From Azolla caroliniana (lineage: Eukaryota; Plantae; Polypodiophyta): a DNA stretch of 64,000 bases. The translations under genes and the position numbers were made by a program. The stretch lies in the NCBI GenBank assembly GCA_043228905.1, contig JBHGNT010000015.1, forward strand, positions 7,502,001-7,566,000. The letters are read 5' to 3'. This document shows positions 13,504 through 27,469 of the stretch, piece after piece. Position 1 is the stretch's first letter. Every line of letters begins with the position of its first letter. Under the pieces are notes generated by a model, which made no database searches, was not told the DNA's origin, and saw nothing but the letters and a program-made list of their open reading frames with translations.

Positions 13504-15112
13504 TAATCGATATCATGATCTCACGTCAATACCCCTCTAGACGTATGAGATGAGGTTCAAGATCAGGTTACTATGGTAACACAGAGGTGTTTTAAAAACC
13601 ATGGGGGTGACAAATGAATGCCTTTCCCTGATCTCTATATCGATTTTTTTCATGGCGGCTCCCCGAGGCTCAACCATGTATGTTCGCGTCATGAATAGTT
13701 TATACACGAAAGAAATGTTAACAATAACTATGTTTCTGTGCCCACATATGTGGTTTCGGCTCTTTAAGTCCTATTACGAGGACCCCGAAGTGCACTTAGA
13801 CATAAAGTCTAAACATGTATTATAGTCATATGTATCAACGATGTTGTATGGTGTTGGTCATATTTGAACTCGAGACCTCGAGGACAAATACATTAAACAC
13901 TTGAGCCAACCAAGTAGATTGCGCGTCTTGAATGTTTAATGTTTGAGGCGTATTCGAGATATGCAAGGCATTTGCCCCTATATGTTTTTGTTTAAAAGAA
14001 ACATATAGGTCAAGTGGCCTTATTTCTCCCTCATTTATTACCCACTATGGTTGTACGCTACCTAACCTCAAGCCTCGTAATTACGATGGCATATGCCAAA
14101 GTGTAACCTAATGGTCAAGCCGAATGAGCCCTTGTGTCTTCGTAGGCTCATGTGGCCCATCACATGGTCACGTCATTACGAATGCCACTCGTAAGAACGA
14201 GCTCATGGTGGCATCGTATCCATGTAACGAGGGGAGATGTTGGATACGTGTGTCATTAGAGCGACCCTACTTGATGTGGATCAAGCCCGACGTATTCAAC
14301 ATCATTTTGGCTATACGAGGTTCGTTACGTAACGAAAGATCAAAGTGACCAACGGGAATTTCAACAATAAAAATTGTTGATAAAAGGGATGGTGACAACG
14401 CCATTCTCACAAAAATGTGAGGACGGCCACCAAAATCCTCTCCCCAATTAGGAAAACATTTGATATGAATCACGTAATCTAAAATATACACATATGTCAA
14501 TATATCACATATATACGATCAGAGACGTATATAAGTGACCACATATGCGTATACTAAATGAATCGTTTTTTTTATATAGCCAACAATGATGTATTCGGGA
14601 TACGTAATCGAGGCATATACCTCTACGCACACGAAACATCCGAAAATAAGGTTAAGCGTAATTCGCAATTGAGGTATTGACCTCTTACGCATAGTAAATC
14701 CAACGCATATCATTTCGAACGAAGCGAGGTATTGACCTCGTACGCGAACGTAACATATGTTCGTGAACGTAATACGCAATTGAGGTAATAACCTCGTACG
14801 CATACGACACTCATCACATATGATTTATATGTCAAACGAGGTATTGACCTCGTGGACATATGTAAACGTTTAAGATAACCAATTAAATACCACGTCAACA
14901 TCATTGAATATATGAAAAAAAAACTACATATTAAGTATACACATGTATAGAAGGGAGAAGAAAAATTAGATAAAAAATTAAGGAAAATTTACCGAAGTTC
15001 TTTCGCTAATCCTTGTCTGCATGAAGGCGACCGCACAACGATCAATCGCCATCCCACGCGAAGACAAAAAGAAAACCAAAAGAAACGTTAGTACATAGGC
15101 TCTGATACCAAA

Positions 15113-15577
15113 TATTAGAGATTAGGTACTAAAGTAAGCATAAAATAAGGATATATCAATGATAGAACTAGAAAGAATAGAGAGAAAAGAGAGAAAGAAG
15201 GGTGCCGATCCACCTGACCACCCCCGAGCGAAGGGATCGAGACGGACTCGAGCCTCGAACGGCGTCCCATACCACCGGCTTGGCGTCGAGTCGTACCTGG
15301 ACGATAGCGCGCTTGCTACAAGAGTCGTTCCACTCACGGACAGAGTCTCGACGTAGTCAATGCATGCCCAAATGAGGGTAGCTAGGCCTCTTATTTATAG
15401 TAATTCTCAAGGCCCCCAGCCATGTTCACACTTGGCCTCATGGGTTGTCTCAATCCCGAGGATTAAAAGTAATCCTCCCCTTCTTTAGACTCTTTGTTTA
15501 ACCCTCACACTTATCCACGTGTATAGAATACTACGACAATTCTCACCACGGGATATTATATGGTCATGCCCGTAACA
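15113..15577 (-). repeat. 5' LTR
   Basis: Near-identical to 8529-8993 and adjacent to the PBS. Confidence 0.95.
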
Positions 15578-18500
15578 CCAAGGACCTATTCATAGTACAA
15601 CAATTGTGTGAGGAGGAACACAAGGAAGCAATTTCTGTCTTCGCAGTATCAGTAAAACCTTCCAGCACCACTAAAGAGGAATCCACAGTACAACTTCTAG
15701 AGAAGTATCATCATTATCCCGACGTGTTCGATAAGGTACGAGCCAATACGCTTCCTCACCACCGACCGTATGATTGTCCCATTGATTTACAACCGGGAAA
15801 AGAGCCACCATGGGGACCGATCTACAACTGGTCACCAACCGAGCTAGAAGTCCTTCGAGCCTACATAGAGGAGAATTAGGAAGCGGTTTCATTCGACATT
15901 CAAAATGTCCAACCGGCGCACCCATTTTCTTTGTCAAGTAAAAGGATGGATCACTTCGTCTCGTCATAGATTACCGTGGCTTGAATAAGGTCACCATTAG
16001 GAATAGGTATACACTTCCCCTTATCTTGAGTCTTTTAGAATGGATCAATGGTGCAAAGTTCTTCACAAAGATCGACTTACAAGGAGCATATAACCTCGTA
16101 CAAATCCGAACAAGAGATGAATGGAAGACCGTGTTTCGCACTAGATATGGGCACTTCGAGGATACGGTTATGTCATCTGGTCTCACTAATGCGCCAACAG
16201 TTTTTCAACACATGGAAAATGATATATTCTGAGATCTCTTGGATATTTGTTTCATCATCTATTTGTATGATCTACTTGTTTATTCGAAGACTCAAGAAGA
16301 ACATGATTTCGTGTACTATTAGTACTAAAATGGCTTCGAGAACATGGTCTTTATGAAAACAAGAAAAATGTAGTTTCGAGTGCAACCAGGTGGAATCTCT
16401 AGGCTATGTCGTTTCCTCGGAAGGCATCTCTATGGATCCAGCTAAGGTCAAAACAGCAGTAGAATGGCAGACTCCATGTTCATTGTGAGAAGTGCAATGC
16501 TTTTTAGGCTTGGCCAATTTCTACCGCAAGTTTATACAGGATTACTCAAAGCTTATTCTGCCTCTCACACAACTTACCAAGAAGGGGCAATCGTTTGTTT
16601 TGTCTAAAGAAGTAGACATAGCTTTTGTGAGTCTTAAGAAAGCATTTACATGAACTCCTATTCTAGCTCATGTTGATCTGAAAAAACCATTCATAATTGA
16701 GGCAGACACGTCGGATTTTGTCCTGGTTAGCATTCTGCCACAACAAGGTGATGATGAAAACCTATATCCTGTGGCTTTCCACTCACGCAAGTTTGACGCC
16801 GCTGAATTCAACTACGAAATACATGACAAGGAGCTATTAGCAATACTGACTCTTTTACATTATGGAGGCAGTTTTTAGAGGGATCTTCACATCAAGTCAC
16901 CGTATTTAGTGATCACAAAAATCTTGTCTACTTGAAGAATGCTCGTGTATTAAATTGACGTCAAGCTCGGTGGGCCCAATTCCTCACTCGTTTTGACTTC
17001 AAAATTACATATCGTCCTGGGAAGCAGCAAGGGAAGGCATATGCGTTATCACGACGCTCGTATCTAGCACCGCATCTCAATGAGCCAACATTCGATAATC
17101 AAAAGCAAGTAAACCTGGGACCGGCACAACTACAAGCAACATGGGTTTTCGATACACCATTGGATTCTCACATTATCGATACCATACATGAAGTCTTGAA
17201 GACAAACGATTTTGCTCAAGCCATTCTAGCACAAATTGATCCCTCTCGGGCATGTTGTTCACAATCGCAACAACCAGGTACGGACTATCAACAATTCGAA
17301 TGTCATGACGGATTACTATTCTTTAAGAAACTCTTGTATGTTCCTAATGGTTCTTGTCACCTTCGAGTAGTCCAAATTTGTCATGACACATATACATCAG
17401 GGCATTTTGGTAGTACTAAAACGTTGGATTTAGTACAACGATCATTTTGGTGGCCTCGTATGCGACAATTTGTTGAAGACTATGTTCGGACATGTGATAC
17501 ATGTTGTAGACCAAAGATGCCAAGACATCATCCATATGGTTTATTGGAACCATTACCAATTCCAAGCAAGCCATGGCAATTCATTACTCTAAATTTCATC
17601 ACAGATTTTCCAGTTTCAAAGGGATTCGATGTGATCTTAACAGTTGTAGATCGATATACGAAAATGGCACATTTTCTGCCTTGTACTAAGGAAATCACGA
17701 GTGAAGAAACCACCGAAACGGTCATGTGTGAGGTATGTTGGCATCATGGCCTCCACGATAGTATCATCAACAACCATGGACCCCAATTTGTCTCGAAATT
17801 CTAGAAACATCTCTTCAAATTTCTCAAGGTCATTTGTAATCTCTCCTCAGACTACCACCCGAAAATAGATGGACAAGCAAAACAAACAAATCAAACGTTG
17901 GAACAATATCTTCGATGTTTTCTAAGCTATCAACAAGATGACTAGGGGGTTATTCTCCACTTTGCCGAATTTGCGTATAGTAACTCTGTCCACTCATCGA
18001 CTAGGGTTACACCATTTTATGCTTATATAGGCTATCATCCTCAGTGGTGTGTATTTGAAACTCCGGAGTTACCCATAAATCCTTGTGTAGAGGATTGCTT
18101 ATAGCGACTACAGAAGATTCAAGCAGACATATCTACTTATTTAAAACAAGCTCCACAAACACAGAAGGATTATGCGGATCGTCATCGGTTTCTATTTAGT
18201 TTTAACATTGGAGATCAGGTATGTCTATTACGACGACACATCAAGACTACTCGCCCATGTAATAAATTGGACTATCGATGATGTCGTTTTTCATATTATT
18301 GGAAAAATTAATGATGTCACTTTTCGTCTCGATCTACCTCCGTAGCTACGGATACATCCGGTTTTTCATAGTTCTGTTCTGAATCGTATTACACCACCTC
18401 CACCCCCAATCGAGCTTAGGACCGGAGTACGAAGTAGTTGCTATCCTGGATTCCAAGATTGTTCACAACAAGCTCTACTATTTGGTCGATTGGCTAGGCT

Positions 18501-18989
18501 ATGGTCCAAGCGATCATAGTTGGTAAATGCTCGAGCTCTTGTTGAGGACTTTCATCGGCAATATCCCGACAAGCTAGGTCCTCCATCTAAGACGACTCGT
18601 AGCACTCCTCATCTTAAAGAGGGGGGGGGGGGGGAGTGTCATGATATAGCATTCTATGGCTTCAAAAGGATTTGAACCCATGACCTTATGTCACATGGGT
18701 TGAAGCCTTACTATTAAGCTATACATTGTAATACAAAAAATATTTTTTCCATTTATTATTTCACTTAGGAAATCCATGTATATTCCACATTTCTAGAGTA
18801 TTCTTAAGCCACTATAAAAAAAGGCACATGGCATTATTGAGAACCAAATAGGTTCAATGCCAGTCCTAAGCCTCCTATCTATTCCTGTATATTCTCTTCA
18901 TATAATATATATATTTTGTTATCATCGTTCTCTCTCTCTCTCTCTCTCTCTCTATCAAACGGTTTGGGTGCGCTCAAATCGTTCTTGGT

Positions 18990-19935
18990 GAACTTTTCAC
19001 TTCACCCCCACTTTGTCAATTTATCGCCGTACCCCTCCCTCACCTTCCTAAATTACTTTTCCTAAATTACCCTTAATTACCCTCTTACACTTCCCCCTCA
19101 CTTTCTCAAATTTACCTTTCTACCCCTCCTCCCACATTTTCCTATTACCACTCTACCCCTCCCCTAAACACCCCCCCTCATTTCTTAAAAACTAAACACC
19201 CTACCCCCACCCCTCCTCTCTATAAATCTTTTCCTCTCTCACACTTAAGCTATCACTTCTCCCTCTCTTAGTTTTCCTTCTCTCTCTCAAAATCTTTTCT
19301 TATCCTATTTTATCCACCTTTCCATTTTTGTTTTTCTACCCTCACCCATGTTCTACTTTTTCTTACTCTACCCCTCCCCATCCTCTTCCTAAATCTATAA
19401 CCTTCCCCCTTTTTCTTTTTCCTCTTTCCCCACACTTGTCTCTCTCCCCTACCTCTCTCCTATTTCCTTTCTCTTTCTTGCTTTGTCTAGGTTACACGTG
19501 CATCTCTCTCCTCTCTCTACCCTCTTTCTCTCTCATACTTTTCTCACGTTTTCCCACCCTTGATCCTCGTAGATCTACTCACTCCTCTTATGTCTACTCC
19601 TCTCTCTCTCTCTCTCTCTCTCCTCTTTCCTTCCCTTCTCATCATCTCACTGATTTTCCTTATTTCCCCCTCAATCTTGACTCCCCTTTTAATATTTCCC
19701 CTCTTTTTACATTTCATATCCTAACTCTCTCTTCTCTTATTCCTCGTTAACATTATAACCTCTATTTTCTTCTACCAAAACCTCCCCCTTGTCACATTAA
19801 AGCTCATAGTATCTTTTTCCTTCTTCTCCAAATCTTCCCCTTTCCAAATCATATCCATAAGCACACACCCCCACTCCCTATTGTCATTTCTCTAAACCCT
19901 CTCCTAAAACTCCTTATATAAACCTATCCAACCCT
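18990..19935. repeat. Polypyrimidine-rich low-complexity tract
   Basis: About 0.9 kb of strongly C/T-biased sequence on the + strand with CT microsatellites. Confidence 0.7.
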
Positions 19936-19936
19936 A

Positions 19937-19995
19937 ATGGTCATTTTAGCACTGATGAGCCCCATAGTGGGCGAAACTAGTTTGCTCATGACCAT
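19937..19995 (+). ncRNA. Minimal type I hammerhead ribozyme (Penelope-like element type)
   Basis: ATGGTCAT..AGCA-CTGATGA-GCCC(CATAGT)GGGC-GAAA-C(TA)G-TT-TGCT-C-ATGACCAT. Both core boxes, a 4-bp stem II, a minimal stem III and an extended stem I are present. Confidence 0.8.
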
Positions 19996-20064
19996 ATCCC
20001 CATGTAATTTCTTTTCTTTCCTAATCTTAATGATAATTAGGAGTAGCTTTGCTCTTAATCACTC

Positions 20065-20112
<48 letters not shown>

Positions 20113-20395
20113 CATGTTAGTAACATTTGTTTGTCTTTTGAATTAATACCTAATGACTAGCCTTCTCTCCCTTTCTCATTATAGTTTTAGATATTTTAGT
20201 TATATTTAAGTTTTAATCCTTATAGTAATTTAAGTTATGAAGGTTTAATCTCTCTCTCATGCTCTCTAAGTCGTGCACCGATGATACACCATACGCACTC
20301 CTTGTCGACGATCGTATGATCAACAAAACTTATACATTAATCTCTGAAAGGAAAATTTGTTACATATGTTATCTTTAAACAATCTAGCCCATTGG

Positions 20396-21975
20396 CTAAG
20401 TAATTGGTCTTTTCCCCAATGGAGCCTTGTCCTTCAACCTTTTTCTAAAAGACTGCCCATTTTGCCTGGCCTCTTTCACCAATTGAGCAAGTGTGTCCTC
20501 CTCTGACACCATATCCAAAGGTGCATTCACAACTTCCTTCGCTAGATGTTCAAGAAGAGGAGGTTGTTGCAAGGTGTTGGGACTCAAAGAATCGTTGCAT
20601 CAAGTGTTCAAAAACACTATTTTCTTGCATGTCAGATTGACATGTTGGGTCAACTATTTCATTATTTAGTGTAGTCTTGCTCAATTCACTATAATCTTCC
20701 ACAAGAAAAGAATGAACCTGATCTGAATGAGATGTCTCACAGAACTCCTACTCTTAGCCACATCGCCAAATATCTCCTCACAATTGAAATAGCAACCCGG
20801 TTGAACACATCATGCAGTTGAGTAAATCCCCAAGATTCTACAACAACATATATCGACTAATTAACAGTTGGTAAATATAGCTAACTCCCACTCTTCCACA
20901 ACCTTAGCGAATTAACTACCACTATTCCACGACGTTAGCTAATTAGCTACTACTCTTCCACAACCTTAGCTAATTATCTACCACTCTTCCACCTTAGCTA
21001 TTTATCTAACACTCTTCCACCGCCTTAGCTATTTAGCTACCACTCTTTCAAGGCATTATCTATTTAGCAAGAACTATACTTTGAACTTATCTCCATAGCA
21101 AATTACATACAACCACATCTTACACTTTAGAGAGAGTAGAGTACCAAACTTACCTGTCTATTTTGTCCACTATTTAGGGAGAGTTGTGCTACAATCCCCC
21201 AAACACATTGTAGTAGTGTGATAGGCAAATGCAAAATAGGCTAAATAATGTCTATATTGCATGCTTGGAGGTGTACCAACATTGTAATAGTTGTGTTTGC
21301 AATGGCTAGCCCCCAAGCGATGCATGTGGCCTGAATAGTAAATGTACTATGTCCTCCAATTGCTACTTATGGTTAGGGAGTAGGAATGGTAAGGTCATAT
21401 TCTTGTCTTAACTTTACCATTCCTTCCACAAATTGTATGTGCAAGTTATAAGGCAATATACTAGTTGTGCTTGATTTTGGTATTGTTCCTACAATGTATA
21501 AGAAAAGTTAAATGCTTTATCATTCAAAGAATGAGGAAGAATAAACAACAAGAAACAATGACATTGACTTACCTGGAGGTCTAGAACATCGTTGCTTGCT
21601 ACATGTTTACGCCCTAGACGATACAACGACACCTCCCTTTCGAGCTCACACTAAGAAATATCAATCTTGCTGTGTATTGTTGTGATTGCCAAGCTTACCT
21701 TGCTTTCCATGGGAGCAACCAATGTTGCTTTCTCTAGGTTAGCGTTTGCTGCTTCCAATGTCTCAAAGCCTTCATCAACATTTTTTAGCATAGACTGAAG
21801 CAATGTCTCCCCAACATCATTGACATTGGGTTTGTTGTTGTGTCAGTGTGGTTTCTCCTTGAGTATTGGTTCAGAGTTGGTAGCTACATCATGAATTGTC
21901 ATGCTCCAGAATCTTGCCATCTTATATTGTAGGCTCCCCATCTTGCAACAATGCTCTATGGATGCCTCACCTACA
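20396..21975 (-). pseudogene. Decayed spliced gene of unknown identity
   Basis: GTAAGT donors at ~21572 and ~21152 and a TGTAG acceptor at ~21488 bound mostly open exon-like frames with TAA/TAG/TGA lesions. No recognisable domain. Confidence 0.35.
20876..21070. repeat. ~30-bp degenerate minisatellite (TAGCTAATTAGCTACCACTCTTCCACAACCT-like, ~6 copies)
   Basis: Visible tandem units. Confidence 0.75.
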
Positions 21976-21984
21976 AGAGAGACT

Positions 21985-24900
21985 TCTAAAAGTTAATATG
22001 CGGAAGCTTTGACAAACCGGTTTATCCGGATAGCAACAGAAACTAGAGACAAGGTTTAATGGAAGCTTGAATCACGAGAGAGACAGAGAGAGCATAATAG
22101 TAAAACTCAATTAAAAATATAACACTCCACACATATAAATGTCCCAGAAAACACTTTTTATACAAGTCCTTAAAAGGACTAACAGAAGTACTGACAAGTA
22201 CTTGAATGCTCATACGAGTGACTAACACTAACTCCAAGGAATCTACCTACGTACAAGGCTAAGATTTTAGACCTCTAATGTCCTACCGGTTACAATCCGA
22301 TCCTTCTCTCCGATCCGGCTCTTGGTTCCGGATACTTACCAGGTTCTCCGTTTCGGATCCAGTTGAGCTTGTCCGCTCAACATTGCCCCTCAAGCTCAAC
22401 TTGAGGTCGTATCATTGTGTTGGTGTCCATGTTTGCCGGTCTTCCCCTCTTGCTCGTCCTAGTGTCTTCCCGCCTTGCTCATACTCCTTGACTTGTCCGG
22501 TCATGCGCACCTCAACCTTCTCGGTCAGCTTGTCTAGTCATAAGGCCCTTGTCAGCTCTCATGCTATTCTGAGTTCGGCGCTCCTCGACCCGTTGGTTCC
22601 TTCGTGTTGGTTGGACTTCCGTTGTCTCCTCGTCTGTTTGTCTCCTCGTGATATTTGGCTCCTCCGAATTGAACTCTTCCAACTCGGCTACCTCCGATTC
22701 GTTCCAGCTCTTGTCCAAATCGGCTATCTCCAATCCGTCTTCGATTCCTAGACCTTTCACGACATTGACCCACGTTGGTGTCTTGGTCTTCCTGCCCTTC
22801 TCGGCTTTACCTCCCCCTTGTTTGGTTGGCTCAGGCTTGGGCACTCCATTCCAGTGGCTCCCCATGCGTCAAGTCTCGGCTTCTTCAGTCGCCCCGTGCA
22901 GTCGGGCCGGAGTCGAAATCGGTTTCCAACTTGGCTTCCGGATCATCTTTCTCATTCCTCATTTCATTCCTCCCCCTCAAGTTCGGTATATCGAGGTATT
23001 ACACACCCAATGCAATGGAAAATTTCCGCAACTTGTGTAAGCTGAGGGATTTGGTGAAGATATCGGCCACTTGCCGATCCATTGGAACATACACCAGTTC
23101 TACTTCACCGGAGAGGACACGATCATAGACAAAGTGGTAGTGCACCTCAATGTGCTTGGTCTAGGCGTGAAAGACAGGGTTCTTAGCCAACTGGATGTTG
23201 TTGAGGTTATCGCAATAGATCACTAGTGGATCAGATACCTCCACATGCAGATCCTTTAGTAGGCTCTTGAGCCATTTGGCTTCACATGTCACGACAGCCG
23301 CTCCTCAGAACTCGACCTCAGTGCTTGACAATGCTATTGTCGGTTGCTTTTTACTACTCTAGGTGATCGCAATGCTTCCAAGTGAAAACACAAATCCGGA
23401 TTAAACATACGGTCACCGGCATTTCCGACCCAATCGGCATCCGTGTAGCCAACAAGCTGTCCGGCTACACCGGTCCGATACAATAACCCCCTATCCTTAA
23501 TACCGCAAACATATCTGAGTATTTGGTGCGTGCACTGAACTTGCTCCATATTCGGATGCGCCGTGAATTGACTAATCAATCCAACCGGATAACTGAGGTC
23601 CGGAAGGGTGATGGTTACATAGATAAGGCTTCCGACTATCTATCGGAACCTTTTCGGGTCGCATGTCGTTCTGGAGTCAGGGCAAAGCTTCACATTCCAG
23701 TCCAAAGAAGTTGAGACGGATTTGCATTCTGTCATACCGAACTTGAAGAGCATAATCAACACATAATGACGCTGACTAATCATTATGCCTTCGGGGGTAT
23801 GAATAACTTTGATCCCGAGGAAGTAGTGAAGGTCTCCTAGATCCTTCATCTCAAATGATGCCGCAAGTTGGGAGTTCACACGGCCGATTTCTTCTAGGTC
23901 ACCCCCAATGATGACAAGATCATCCACATAGAGCAATATGCTCACCGGTCAATTCTGACCTTGCCGGATTAAAAAAGTGAAGAGTCTGATTTCGACGGGG
24001 AAAACCCCATTCGACGCAGTCTTTGCATGATCTTCACGTTCCAGGTGCATGGGGCTTGCTTGAGTGTGTAGAGGGGTTTCTTCATTCCGTATATTGCCGA
24101 TGCATTCATTCCGGATTGACATCCAGAGGGCTCAACTATATACACTTACTCCTGAAGTTCATAGTGTAGGAACACGTTCTTTACATCCATTTGATGTAGA
24201 TGACACCGCTTCGCCGTTGCCATCGCAAGCAAGACATGGACGATTGTCATCTTCGTGACCAACGCGAACGTCTCATCATAATCAATGTCGTGCTGCTACG
24301 CATAGCCGTTGGCCACTAACCCGGCCTTGTACTAGTTGATAGAGCCCTAGATGTTGTACTTAACCTTGTATACCCATCTGCAACCGATCGGCTTCACCCC
24401 ATTCAGTACATCAACCAAATCCCACGTCTCATTTTCCGTGATTGCGTGCATCTCTTCCTCCATAGCGGCATGCCAATTTGCGTCTTGTGCCGCTTCTGCA
24501 TAACTCTCCGACTCACGCAGTCCCACCACTTTCATCACGTACGCATAATGATGTGCCATATAGTCATTATACCCGTACCTATTGACGGGGTTCTTCTGGC
24601 AGTTCGATCGATGTAACTTCTTGTTAACTGATTTTAACGCCCTCTTGGCCGGTTCAAACTTCGTTCCCGACGGTTCGTCTTCATTCTTTCCAGAACCGGA
24701 TTCGCTTCAATCCGACTCGTCTCTGATGGTGGCGTATTTTGGCATCTTCTTCTTTCCCTTCTCTTTGTGCATGAACCATCTCCTCAGTTCCTTGCGCGGG
24801 GAGAGCACGACCTAGTCCCCACTGCTCACCAGCTCCTCGTCCTGCTGGTCCTTCCGACTTAGCGCTTCATTTGGTCCGCTCAACCGAAATGAGATCAGAC

Positions 24901-26610
24901 TCTCATCTAGAGTACTGAATCCTACTTCTCTTCTGTTCGTATTGATTAAGGCTCACTAGCCCCATCTTCCGGAATCGAGTCGGAGTCGGTAGAGAGTACC
25001 ATGATGCCGATTCATTGAACTCAACATCTCGGCTCATTCAAACTTGTTTTGTTTGGGGCTTATAGCACTTATAACCCTTTTGCTGATGTGAGTAGCCGAC
25101 AAAGATACACTTCTCTGACTTCAGGTCTAGCTTTCTCCGCTGCTTATCTGGCACATGCACATATGCAATGCTACCGAATATCCTAAGGTGCCTTAAATTC
25201 GGCTTCCGCCCCAAATACAGATTGTGTGCTGACACCTTATCCTTGCTCCAGTTTTGGATGTAGACGGCCGTCCGGACCACTTCATGCTCTTCTCCTACAA
25301 CATTGCCCGTGCTACCTCCACAATCAACTGGTTCTTCCTTTTCGGCCACACTGTTTTGTTCTAGTGTGTATCTCCAACCGAATTCTCTCCGAATTCCCAT
25401 TTGTTGCAGATAACTGTTGAATTGGCCTGAATAGTATTCTTTTCCGTCATCCAACCGTAGGCACTTGATCTTCCTTTCCGTTTCCCGTTCGACAAAACTC
25501 CGCAAGTTCTGGAAACAATCGAAACCTTCGCTTTTCTTGTTGATGAGGTAGATTCACGTGTGCCAGTTGTTGTCATCGATGAAGGCACCCTTGCGCGATG
25601 ATCCGGCCTTCTTCCTTGATGAAGCACCCGAGGTGCGTAAACCGCACCAGCATCCCGTGGTCGACGATTTGTCCGACCGACACCAGGTTATTCGTCATTG
25701 CTAGGTTCTTCGTGATTGTTAGGACGTAAAGCACATTCATAAAATTCCCTTTTTGTTCAATATGACTCAAGGGAACCTCTTTGACATGCACGATCGGGTG
25801 ACGAGTGTCGTCTCCGGTTTCGACAACTCCAAGTTGCTCTGCCTTTTCCAAAAACGAGAACCACTCTTCATGGCTCGTCATGTGGTTTGATGCTCCAGAG
25901 TCAACGTACCACACTTTTTCTGATTCGGAAATGGTCTTATTCATTGATTTCGCCTTGTGCTTCATCACAAAGGCTGGCCCTTTTTCGGACTTATCAGTTC
26001 AGGATCCTTCCGATCATTTCACGTAGTGCGAGCTTTGTTGGTTTCCTTGTCTGGCTTTGTCGGATCAGGATTTATCCAAATCAACGAACTTCTTCCAGCA
26101 CTCGCTCTATCAGTGATCTTTCTTGCCACAACACCAACATTCCGTGTCGGTTTTTGATTGCCGATTTCCGATGCGGCGTTGACTCCCCCTACTTGTGGAG
26201 GATTCAGAACTTTTGTCAGCACTATCTCTGTGCCTCCGATTCTACTCTTGTCAGCCGCCTGTATTGCGTGCCGATCCACCTCGACCTTCACACCAATGCG
26301 GCTGATCCGCCTATGCGTACAATATCCGACTGTTTGATTGAGTGGTTCTTGACCTACTCGCATGGTTTTGTTCGACCATGAGCATTGATTGCAGGTCGAA
26401 GAAGGACAGTGGTTTCTCTCCGGATGGTCTCGTACCGTTGTGGTAGACCACTAAGGGAGATCTGGACCATCTTGTCCTCGTCCACCGTCCCGATGATGGA
26501 ACCGAGCGCGTTGTAGATATCCTTGATCTTGGTGGTGTAGTTGGTGACTGACATATCCCGTTGCCGGATACTGTTGAGCTCTTGTCGGAGCTGCAAATTC
26601 CGAGTTGTGG
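21985..26610 (-). mobile_element. Decayed copia copy C (same family as B), 5' end missing
   Basis: 3' LTR 21985-22382 (minus strand TGTTGAGCGG...), PPT GCTTGAGGGGCAA, and RH, RT, INT, PR and gag fragments homologous to element B. Confidence 0.9.
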
Positions 26611-27469
26611 TACTTTCTCAGGGAAGGGAAACTAGGCTTTTCACAAATCCTTCTCCTGTCCTCTAGACATGGCCCTTCCATTAGATAAATGTATTGTTAT
26701 TCCTCTAGAATGAATTAAATCCTATAAAGATAGTTCAAATCAAGTCTATATACCATTTCTAAGTCTTGCGGAATAGAATAGGATTTTTGGGAAAAACGTA
26801 TCAACTTCACACAAGAGATGAAACTATTTGACCCTTTTTACAGAAGATGTGAAAAGGTTGCGACAAAATGATTTGGGGGGATATCCTTGAAGTGGAATGG
26901 CTAGTCTGCAATCCATGACAATGTTGCATTGATCATCCCTACCCCGTGATACTTTGATTATTGTCAAAGCTTATGTGTTTGATTTCCAAAATTTGTGAAC
27001 CTAATGATGAGCTCTGAATAGTGTAGTACTTCTTTCCTTTTCTGTATCTGTCCTTATTATTTTGAACAATTTATTTGTATTTAGCACATGATTTTCTATC
27101 ATCACTTATTTGCAATATTTCATCATCACTTTTAGATATGTAGTACTTCTTTCCATTTCTGTATTTATCGTTATTATTTCAATTTATTTGTATTTAGCAC
27201 ATGATTTTCTATCATCACTTATCTGCAATATGTCATCTTTTCTATATCACCTTTAAAGAATACTGAAACTTGAACCTATTGTTTTATAGTTAGCCCTTAC
27301 CATTTGGGATACATTTTGTTATTGTTTTAATCTTCTTCTTTTCTATTTTGCTTCTCATGATGACTTTGACTAGAATCCACATCAATTGGAAAACTTGACC
27401 TTTTAACACTTTTCTCCATTCACACATGCCACATTATGATATTGTACATAATTAGTGAATCATAATTCT

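Larger units (their letters stand above)
8529..15577 (-). mobile_element. Young full-length Ty3/gypsy chromovirus
   Basis: Two 465-bp LTRs (8529-8993, 15113-15577) with ~3 differences seen, 5-bp TSD CCAAG, iMet PBS at 15099-15110, and PPT at 8994-9008. Confidence 0.97.
7490..18957 (+). mobile_element. Decayed Ty3/gypsy chromovirus (5' end missing), split by a nested gypsy at 8529-15577
   Basis: Gag remnants (LRQG, PMEID, CxxCxxxGHxxxxC), protease ALLDSGANSCF (~8220), RT/RH 15604-17060, integrase 17160-18000, chromodomain EYEVVAILDSK..YYLVDWLGY (~18425-18525), G-rich PPT 18616-18636, and a 3' LTR starting TGTCATG at 18637. Confidence 0.88.

Noticed and set aside
19328-19750. 140-aa Ser/Pro/Leu/Phe-rich ORF
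   Set aside because: It is a translation of low-complexity polypyrimidine DNA.
20277-20310. Second hammerhead (CCGATGA)
   Set aside because: There is no stem II or GAAA box downstream.
27040-27250. ~113-bp direct duplication in AT-rich DNA
   Set aside because: It is a simple local duplication with no associated element structure.
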